The notes under the pieces: generated by a model
What the model was told of the DNA's origin: nothing
Database searches by the model: none
What the model saw: only the letters and a program-made list of their open reading frames with translations
Source: Nitrospira sp.
Lineage (GTDB): Bacteria > Nitrospirota > Nitrospiria > Nitrospirales > Nitrospiraceae
NCBI GenBank assembly: GCA_047150005.1
Contig: AP038806.1
Coordinates: 576,001 to 640,000 of the forward strand
Direction: 5' to 3'
Length of the DNA stretch: 64,000 nt
In this document: positions 56,714 to 64,000 of the stretch, piece after piece
Layout of the letters: the number at the start of each line of letters is the position of its first letter
Numbering within the stretch: the stretch's first letter is position 1
Position numbers and translations under genes: made by a program

Positions 56714-58162
56714 CTATCCTTCCTCTTCCTCGGCGTCCTCCCTGGCCGACGGGATGCCGTAGCGTTTGCATTTCTCCAAGAGAGCCTTGCGGGAGAGACC
56801 GAGGATCTTCGACGCAGTGGTTCGGTTGCCCTCGACACGCTCCAGCACGGAAATAATGTGGTTCTTCTCGAACTCTTCCCGAGCGGCGGACAGGGACGTC
56901 AGCGGGACGTCTTTGGACTTGCTCCCAACCGATAGTCCTTCATGACAGAAACCGCAGGATTCTTGCGGCACCCCTCCCGTGAACGGACAGGACGGAAACT
57001 CGCAAAGATCGGCCGGCTGGATCATCTCATGATCGCGCCCGGATGCCACGCTCCGTTCAATGATCTTTTCGAGTTCCCGCACGTTGCCAGGAAATGAATA
57101 CCGCAGCAAGAGATCGCGAGCTGACGGTGAAAAGCCCTTTGACTTCTTGTTCATCCGGGCGGAGCAGGCTTGGAGGAGGTGCTCCGCGATGACCATGATG
57201 TCCTCCGAACGCTGCCTCAACGGGGGCAGGACGACCTGCGCCGCGCCGAGCCATCGATACAGATCCTCGCGGAAGCGCCCCTTCTCGACTTCCTGGGCCA
57301 GATCGACGCGCGTGGCCCCGACGAGACGGACATCTACCTCGATCGACTCGCGGCCTCCCACACGTTCGAATTTTCGTTCCTGCAGCTGCCGGAGCAACTT
57401 GTCCTGAATACCGAGCGGGATTTCACCGATTTCGTCGAGAAACAATGTCCCTCGGTGCGCCAGTTCGAAACGTCCTCTTCGCTGCCGTAAAGCTCCCGCG
57501 AATGCGCCTTTTTCATGGCCGAAGAGGTCGGCCTCGAGCACGGCTTCCGACAATGTCCCACAGCTGACCTTGATCAACGGATGATGATTGCGGGGGCTGT
57601 TCTGGTGGATGGCGTTGGCGACCAATTCCTTTCCTGTTCCGCTCTCTCCCACAATCAGAATGGGCGAATCCGACCCCGCCGCCGTTCTGACCTTGTCCAA
57701 CACCGCCCGCATCTGGCTGTTGGTCCCGAGGATTCCTCCGAACCAGAACTGGTCATCGGGAGTCTCTTTGAACTCCTCAGTCTCGCGGCGAAGCTTGACG
57801 ACCCGTCCCACCCGCTCTACGATGAGCAGCAATTCCTCCATCTGAAACGGCTTGGTGATGTAGTCGAACGCGCCGAGCTTCATGGCTCCCACGGCGGTTT
57901 CAACCGATCCGTGCGCGGTGATGACGACGACTTCGGTTTCCGGCGCCGTTTCTTTTGTCGCCTTGAGAACCGCCAGGCCGTCGGCGCCGGGCAGTCGCAA
58001 GTCCGTGATGACGAGATCAAATGTCTTCTGGCGGAGCACCTCGATCCCTTCCGTCCCTGTGGCTGCCGCGCGAACCTCATACCCCACGGCCCCCATGGCA
58101 TCCACCATTGAGAGACGCATGAGCGGTTCGTCATCCACCAGCAAGATGGTGAGCCCCTTCAT
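56714..58162 (-). CDS. NtrC-family response regulator (REC-AAA+-Fis HTH), GAFAGA variant with Cys-rich insert
   Basis: LVDDE/DLRLP/KPF receiver, GESGTGKE, LFLDE, FREDLY and PGNVREL motifs, and a C-terminal HTH. Confidence 0.93.
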   Translation of the reverse strand: MKGLTILLVDDEPLMRLSMVDAMGAVGYEVRAAATGTEGIEVLRQKTFDLVITDLRLPGADGLAVLKATKETAPETEVVVITAHGSVETAVGAMKLGAFDYITKPFQMEELLLIVERVGRVVKLRRETEEFKETPDDQFWFGGILGTNSQMRAVLDKVRTAAGSDSPILIVGESGTGKELVANAIHQNSPRNHHPLIKVSCGTLSEAVLEADLFGHEKGAFAGALRQRRGRFELAHRGTLFLDEIGEIPLGIQDKLLRQLQERKFERVGGRESIEVDVRLVGATRVDLAQEVEKGRFREDLYRWLGAAQVVLPPLRQRSEDIMVIAEHLLQACSARMNKKSKGFSPSARDLLLRYSFPGNVRELEKIIERSVASGRDHEMIQPADLCEFPSCPFTGGVPQESCGFCHEGLSVGSKSKDVPLTSLSAAREEFEKNHIISVLERVEGNRTTASKILGLSRKALLEKCKRYGIPSAREDAEEEEG

Positions 58163-61100
58163 GACGCCCTTTCCACGAGCGAACGATCCCTCGACAAGGG
58201 CAAGCAGAGAGTGAAGGTCGTCCCCCTGCCCACTTCACTGTCGACGAGAATCTTCCCGCCGTGACGCTCGACGATGCCCAAACTCACAGACAACCCCAGT
58301 CCCGTCCCCTCTCCCTCCCCTTTGGTCGTAAAGAAGGGGTCAAAGATACGGGACAGCACGGCTGGGGCGATTCCCGACCCAGTGTCGGACACCTCGACCA
58401 GACAGACCCCTTCCGTAACGGAGGTACGAATTGTCAACATCCCGCCGCCTTTCATCGCTTGAACGGCGTTAAGAACCAGATTCATGAGCACCTGCTCGAT
58501 CATATGCCGGTCGATCATCAGACCCGGCAGCGCGGAACCGAGCACGGTTTCCAAAACGATGCGATTGGACGCGAACAGATGGCTCGTGAGCACCAGCACC
58601 CGATCGACCACCTGATTGATGTCCGTCAAGCTGTATTCCGGGTCGTGCTGCTGGGAAAAATCGAGCAACTGCCTGACAATCTTCTGCACCCGTCGTACGC
58701 CGTCCTCCATCGATGCCCAGTATTCCTCCTGCCGGGTCGGCGACAGCGCCCCTTTGCGCAGGTTGTACAGACAGTTCAGAATCCCGGCGAGAGGGTTATT
58801 GATTTCATGCGCCACTCCGGCAGCCAATTTCCCCACCGAAGCCAGCTTCTCGGAGTTGCGGATCTGCTGTTCAAGGCGTTTGGTTTCCGTCATATCGCGC
58901 GCAATGCCGAGCACGCCGAGAATTTCGCCGTCAGCCCCATGAAGCGGAGACACGCTGACGGTCGCCGTGCGAGTCTCCCCCAAGCGGGTCACTACCTCGA
59001 CTTCGTAGACTTGCTTCGCGCCGATATCCAGCGTGTTCTTTAGCCGGCGTCCCCGATGCCGCCTGGAGAGAAGCGACAAGTAGGGCCGCCCCAACAGATC
59101 ATCCTTTCGATAGCCCCACACGGTGACCTTGCTGTTGACATACGTGAATCGTTGGTCCGTATCGAGCGTATAAATCACGTCGTTCGCGTTCTCAAGCAGA
59201 TTCTCCAAATACTGTTTGGTCTGCTCGATCTCCCTCGTCCGTTCCTTGACCTTGGTTTCGAGCTCTTCCCGATAGGTCTGCAGCTGACGCTCAAGTTTCT
59301 TTCTGTCGGTGATATCCCGCAATTGGACCATGACCAACAGATGATCTGGACTTCCGACTTGAATCAGATCCATTTCTACCGGCGTTTCCACCCCGGCGGC
59401 GTTATACACCGTGATCTCCTGAGTGGGAACCTTTTGCTGGCCCGTGTTGATGTCGTCCAACCATCGTCGCAGCAGTCCCCGATAGGCTTCGAGTGCGACC
59501 TCGAAAATACTGCGCCCGACGATATACGGTTCCGCATATCCGAGCGCCTGCTCCTCGCGTTTATTGACCGAGACGATCATGCCGCCGGGGTCCACCATGA
59601 ACACCGAATCGGCGACGAGATCGAAAAGGGCCTTGTACCGGGCCTGCGAGGCCACCAGTTGCTTGGTGCGCTCGGTCACGGCCTGTTCGAGTTTCGACGT
59701 ATATTGTTGGAGCTCCTGTTCGAGACGGTGCCGTTCGGTGACGTCACGCACGAACGCACGAGAATGCACGAGTCCGCCTCGCTCTTGATCGAACAAGGCG
59801 GTCGCATGGATCTCCACATCGATCGGATGGCCGTCTTTGGCCAGCAAGACCGTTTCCATCGTCGTCTGTCCCTGCGATACCAGCCGTTCGAGGTATTGTA
59901 ACACCCGGGTGGCCTGCCCTTGCGGCACCAGATCCCAGAGCTTCATCGCCAACATTTCATCCAATTGAAAGCCCAACTTGTCCAACCCCGTCTTGTTGAC
60001 GTGAACGAATTGGCCGCTCCGGTCCAACTGGTAGATCATCTCCGGCGAGTGCTCGATGAGGTCGCGGTACTTCTCTTCCAGCCTGCGTACTTCGACCACC
60101 CGCTGCTCGATCTGACCGAATGAACGCTGAAGATTCTCGGCCATCTCGTTGAACGCACCCGCAAGGCCTTCAATCTCATCGCCGGTCTTCAGTGCCAGCC
60201 GTCTCTCCAGCCGTCCGCTGCCCAATTCCCGCGCTCCCTCGTGCAGCAGCTTGATCGGCCTGACGATACGACGGGCCGCCAACAAGCCCGTCCCCCACAG
60301 CACCGCCAACACCACCAATCCATACAGCAGAACCTTGGCGACAAGGTCCGCGAGCGGGGCGAAGGTCTCCCTTGGATCCTGCCGGATGACGGTAATCCAC
60401 TGTTTGCCCCCGATGCTGCCGGTCGCAAGCCGGTCACTGAACCGGACCGGCGCAAATCCGATCAAGGCATTATGGCTCCCGTGAGAATCATCCGAGGCCA
60501 CGGCCCAACCGGCCTTCAGCGTCTGGAGCGTCTGGATAAGTTCGGGTTTCACGGTATGCTCTTCCGCGGAGAGAATCGGGCAAATCAGCGGAACTCCGTC
60601 CGAGCTGAACAACATGGCATGCCCTGTCATGCCGATGGAGACCTCGGCGATGGAATGAAACAAGGTGTCCCGGCGCAACAGAATCGTGACGGCTCCGATG
60701 ACCGCCCGTTGTTGATCGTCAACGATGGGAGCCGCGACGACGACGACATGGGTGCCGAAGGAGGGGTCGAAGGCGATCTCTCCGACATAGGGTTGACGAG
60801 TTCCTCCCTTCACCACGGCCTGCCACCAGCCGGTCTTGCCGTAAAAGTACTCCACCTGGGGAATGGAACTCACGACCAGCGCCCCCTGCACGTCGGTGAC
60901 CAGAATGCCCACGTAATCCGCTTTCCGGATGTCGTGCCACCGGATCAGGTAGTTCGTCACGATCCGATTGATGAAGAGCGGAAATTCGCTCCGCTTGTCC
61001 CGTTGCTTCCATCGCTGCTGCCAATCCTTGATGACGTCCTGAATGTGCCGTGCATCCTTTCCTTCGTACGTCCGATTGGCTTCCGCCACCGCCGTGCGCA

Positions 61101-61338
61101 GGAACGGCGTCGTCGCCAGCTGTTGCGCCTCGTTCATGCCGCGGCTGACATGCATTTCTATCCGCCGGGCTGCTTCGACGGCGACTTCTTTGAAGTTTGT
61201 ACCGGTTGTCTCGCGCAGGGCGCGGCGTTCTTCCAGATAGGTCAACGCGAGCAGGAAAGTGAGAGGCAGAAATCCGACCATCACGATCGCCGTGATGATC
61301 TTGTGCTGGAGACTGTAAGACCGACTCCAGAATTTCAT
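58159..61338 (-). CDS. Sensor histidine kinase (Cache-HAMP-3xPAS-HisKA-HATPase)
   Basis: Two TM helices, HAMP (DEIEGLAGAFNEM), three PAS repeats, AHEINNP H-box, NAVQAM, FDPFFTTK and GTGLGL. ATGA overlap with the regulator. Confidence 0.95.
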   Translation of the reverse strand: MKFWSRSYSLQHKIITAIVMVGFLPLTFLLALTYLEERRALRETTGTNFKEVAVEAARRIEMHVSRGMNEAQQLATTPFLRTAVAEANRTYEGKDARHIQDVIKDWQQRWKQRDKRSEFPLFINRIVTNYLIRWHDIRKADYVGILVTDVQGALVVSSIPQVEYFYGKTGWWQAVVKGGTRQPYVGEIAFDPSFGTHVVVVAAPIVDDQQRAVIGAVTILLRRDTLFHSIAEVSIGMTGHAMLFSSDGVPLICPILSAEEHTVKPELIQTLQTLKAGWAVASDDSHGSHNALIGFAPVRFSDRLATGSIGGKQWITVIRQDPRETFAPLADLVAKVLLYGLVVLAVLWGTGLLAARRIVRPIKLLHEGARELGSGRLERRLALKTGDEIEGLAGAFNEMAENLQRSFGQIEQRVVEVRRLEEKYRDLIEHSPEMIYQLDRSGQFVHVNKTGLDKLGFQLDEMLAMKLWDLVPQGQATRVLQYLERLVSQGQTTMETVLLAKDGHPIDVEIHATALFDQERGGLVHSRAFVRDVTERHRLEQELQQYTSKLEQAVTERTKQLVASQARYKALFDLVADSVFMVDPGGMIVSVNKREEQALGYAEPYIVGRSIFEVALEAYRGLLRRWLDDINTGQQKVPTQEITVYNAAGVETPVEMDLIQVGSPDHLLVMVQLRDITDRKKLERQLQTYREELETKVKERTREIEQTKQYLENLLENANDVIYTLDTDQRFTYVNSKVTVWGYRKDDLLGRPYLSLLSRRHRGRRLKNTLDIGAKQVYEVEVVTRLGETRTATVSVSPLHGADGEILGVLGIARDMTETKRLEQQIRNSEKLASVGKLAAGVAHEINNPLAGILNCLYNLRKGALSPTRQEEYWASMEDGVRRVQKIVRQLLDFSQQHDPEYSLTDINQVVDRVLVLTSHLFASNRIVLETVLGSALPGLMIDRHMIEQVLMNLVLNAVQAMKGGGMLTIRTSVTEGVCLVEVSDTGSGIAPAVLSRIFDPFFTTKGEGEGTGLGLSVSLGIVERHGGKILVDSEVGRGTTFTLCLPLSRDRSLVERAS

Positions 61339-61407
61339 GAACGTGTCTGCCTATGCGAGAGACCGTCCGACTCTGCCCGAGGGCAGCTTGTTCACTGCCG
61401 CTCAAAC

Positions 61408-62325
61408 CTAGGCACGTTTGAGCAACCGCCCGGTCGTTCCCGGCCATAGGAGCAACAGGGGGCTGGCGACAAAGATCGACGAGTATGTTCCAAAAATGAT
61501 TCCCCACAGAAGCGCCAGTGAGAAATCGTGCAACACCTCCCCGCCGGCGACGGTGAGGGGAACGAGGACCAGGACCACGGTTAAGCTGGTCACGATCGTG
61601 CGGCTCAACACCTGGTTGATGGCATTGTTGATCATCGTTTCCTCGCTGTCCCGCCGTCGAACCCGAAGATTCTCGCGAATGCGGTCGAAGACCACGACCG
61701 TGTCGGTCAGTGAGTACCCTGCCAAGGTCAAAAGAGCCGTCACGACCAACAGGGTGATCTCTTTGTCGAGAAGATAGAATGCGCCAAGAACGGCAAGCAC
61801 GTCGTGGAACGTCGCCAGAGCGGCCGCCACCCCGAAACGCAATTCAAAGCGCGCGGCAATGTAGAGGATAATGCCGGCGAACGACACGAGCACCGCAATC
61901 AACGCATCTTCCTGCAGCTTCTTGCCGATGGTAGGTCCGATTTCCGTGCTGGAGTCCACCACGAACGTGTTTCCGGGAAATTCCTTTGAAAAGATCGCGA
62001 CGACGCGCTCGGCCGTCTTGTGTTCCAGGGTCGTAGAGGCCTTCACCCGGATCAGCAACTTGTTGTCCTGGCCAAATTCTTGAAGTTCGGCATCCTCCAA
62101 CCCATTCGTCTCCAATGCCTTCCGAGCTTCGTCAATCTTGATCGGCTGGTCGAATTTCAGCTGCACCGCCGTGCCGCCGGCAAAGTCGATGCCCAGATTC
62201 GCCGCACCGCGGCCAATCTGGACAATCGCCAGTATTCCCAGCACGACCATGATGCCAGAAAAAAGGAACGAAATGTTCCGCTTGCCCATGAAATCGAAGT
62301 TTGTCTTTCCCAGAATTTCCAGCAT
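61408..62325 (-). CDS. secF: Protein translocase subunit SecF
   Basis: LGIDFAGG, IGPTIG, HDV, GYSLTDTVVVFDRIRE and GTYSSIFVA motifs. Confidence 0.97.
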   Translation of the reverse strand: MLEILGKTNFDFMGKRNISFLFSGIMVVLGILAIVQIGRGAANLGIDFAGGTAVQLKFDQPIKIDEARKALETNGLEDAELQEFGQDNKLLIRVKASTTLEHKTAERVVAIFSKEFPGNTFVVDSSTEIGPTIGKKLQEDALIAVLVSFAGIILYIAARFELRFGVAAALATFHDVLAVLGAFYLLDKEITLLVVTALLTLAGYSLTDTVVVFDRIRENLRVRRRDSEETMINNAINQVLSRTIVTSLTVVLVLVPLTVAGGEVLHDFSLALLWGIIFGTYSSIFVASPLLLLWPGTTGRLLKRA

Positions 62326-62340
62326 GCAGGCTCCTTCGAC

Positions 62341-63984
62341 CTAGATACTCAGCTGATCGACTTTGCGGCGTTGATTGATGATGTCAAAAATGACCTTGGT
62401 TCCGACCAAGGCCGTAAAGAGATTGATCGCGATGCCGAGACAGAGTGTGACGGCGAATCCCTTGATCGGACCGGTGCCGAACAGGAACAGCGCGACCCCT
62501 GTAATCAACGTCGTGACGTGGGAATCGATGATGGTGAGCAGCGCCTTGTCATAACCCCCATCGACTGCGAGCCTGACCGCTTTCCCCGATCGGAGTTCCT
62601 CACGGATGCGTTCGAAGATCAGCACGTTTGAATCGACTCCCATACCGATCGTGAGGACGATGCCGGCAATACCCGGCAAGGTCAACGTGGCCGTCAATGC
62701 GGACAATGCTCCCATCAGGCAGATCAGATTCAGAATCAACGCAACATCCGCGATGAGACCGGAGAGCCGGTAGTAGACGATCATGAAGATCATGACCATT
62801 GCGCCGGCCACCAACGTCGCCTTGATGCCCTTCTCGATCGAATCCCGGCCGAGCGACGGACCGACCGTCAGATCTTGAACGATCTTCAGCGGCGCCGGCA
62901 AAGCACCGGCCCGAAGCACGATGGCGAGATCATTGGCCTCTTGCGTCGAAAATGTTCCGGTAATCTGCGCCCGCCCACCAGAGATCCGTTCCTGAATCAC
63001 GGGGGCGGAATAGATGGTGTTGTCGAGCACCACCGCCATCCGTTTTTTTACGTTCTCGCTCGTGATGCGCTCAAACTCACGCCCGCCCTTGGCATCGAAC
63101 GTGATGGAAACGTACGGATCGTTGAATTGCCCGATCGACACACGCGCATCGCTCAGCACGTCGCCCGTGAGCATGACCCGTTTCTTCACCAAATACGGAA
63201 TGCGGTACTCCCGTCCCGTATCCTTATCGATCGCCCGCTCAAAGAGGATCTGATCGCCCTCCGGCAGCTTGCCCTCGAACTGCTTGAGCACCTCGGCTTC
63301 TTTATCCTTCGGCACCCTGGCAGGCAGATCCAATCTGATTTGGGTGTCCTCGTCCAGCATCTTGAATTCGAGCAACGCGGTTTCCTTGATCAGATCTTTG
63401 GCGCGTTTCGGCTCCTTGACCCCGGGCAATTGCACCACGATCTGCTTCAGGCCCTGCCGCTGCACGACCGGTTCGGCGACTCCAAACTGATCGATGCGAT
63501 TGCGGATGGTCTCGAGGGCTTGATTGATGGCGGAATCCTTAATGCGCTTTATCTCCGACTCCCGAAGCTCCCACACCAGCGCGTTGGCCGACCCTGCCGA
63601 GTCCTTCTCCGCAAAGGTCGGAAAGTCGTCGATCAATTTCTGGATCTGTGCTTTCAGGTCAGCGTTCTGGAACTGGACGGTGATGTCGGTCGGACTGGTG
63701 CGCTTGACCGACTCCGCCGGAATCTTCTTTTCCACCAGAAGGTCCTGCAGCGACGTCAGCGACCGGTCGACCGCGATTTCGACCGCCCGATCCTCGTCGA
63801 CTTCCATCACCATGTGGATCCCACCCTGGAGATCCAACCCGAGGGTGATGCCCTTGTTGGGCAACAGGGTCTTCAACCATCCCGGCAACCCTTGATACAA
63901 ATCCGGAACCGACGGCACGAACGCAACCACCGAAGCGATCACGACCAGCGCCAATAACGTCAACCGCCCGCTCACTTTCTTCAT
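62341..63984 (-). CDS. secD: Protein translocase subunit SecD
   Basis: LGLDLQGG, RNRIDQFGVAEP, LRAGALPAP, VGPSLG and GMGVDSNVLIFERIREE motifs. Confidence 0.98.
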   Translation of the reverse strand: MKKVSGRLTLLALVVIASVVAFVPSVPDLYQGLPGWLKTLLPNKGITLGLDLQGGIHMVMEVDEDRAVEIAVDRSLTSLQDLLVEKKIPAESVKRTSPTDITVQFQNADLKAQIQKLIDDFPTFAEKDSAGSANALVWELRESEIKRIKDSAINQALETIRNRIDQFGVAEPVVQRQGLKQIVVQLPGVKEPKRAKDLIKETALLEFKMLDEDTQIRLDLPARVPKDKEAEVLKQFEGKLPEGDQILFERAIDKDTGREYRIPYLVKKRVMLTGDVLSDARVSIGQFNDPYVSITFDAKGGREFERITSENVKKRMAVVLDNTIYSAPVIQERISGGRAQITGTFSTQEANDLAIVLRAGALPAPLKIVQDLTVGPSLGRDSIEKGIKATLVAGAMVMIFMIVYYRLSGLIADVALILNLICLMGALSALTATLTLPGIAGIVLTIGMGVDSNVLIFERIREELRSGKAVRLAVDGGYDKALLTIIDSHVTTLITGVALFLFGTGPIKGFAVTLCLGIAINLFTALVGTKVIFDIINQRRKVDQLSI

Positions 63985-64000
63985 CGTGTCTCTTGTCCCC

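Noticed and set aside
1..64000. CRISPR arrays, tRNA/rRNA genes, transposases, integrases or prophage genes
   Set aside because: None recognised by eye. A covariance-model scan would be needed to exclude small RNAs.

Overview
GC-rich, gene-dense bacterial chromosome segment. The gene content points to a nitrite-oxidizing Nitrospira/Nitrospirota organism: Pup, SmbP, two EbdC/NxrC-like heme-b subunits beside a TorD-family chaperone, and an RRM protein. This assignment is an inference from gene content. The first ~38 kb is mostly housekeeping or general metabolism: rimM (partial), rpsP, ffh, uvrB, DEAD-box helicase, RRM protein, YyaL, M28 peptidase, TolC, RNase Z-like protein, uvrA, nitrilase, rhodanese, HDAC, PepF, bfd-like ferredoxin, rel/spoT, recJ, pup and a K+-independent H+-PPase. 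From 38.5 to 41.9 kb is a looser accessory patch with a frameshifted remnant and an internally duplicated barrel-like protein. From 41.9 to 55.4 kb is a co-oriented minus-strand cluster that looks like an assembly and electron-exit module for a periplasmic DMSO-reductase-family type II enzyme, probably nitrite oxidoreductase, whose catalytic subunits are not in the window. It contains an HExxH/Cys protein, a NapF-like polyferredoxin, the TorD chaperone, an NxrC-like subunit, a B12 radical SAM enzyme, a membrane protein, a TPR protein, TatA, an NHL protein, a second NxrC-like subunit, a PDZ protein and two pentaheme cytochromes. A WD40 protein, an atypical NtrC-type regulator with its PAS kinase, and secF-secD follow. 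The most unusual directly visible feature is a 33-bp palindromic REP-like element present between genes (31.96 kb) and inserted in frame inside uvrA (19.2 kb). No tRNA, rRNA, CRISPR array or transposase was recognised.
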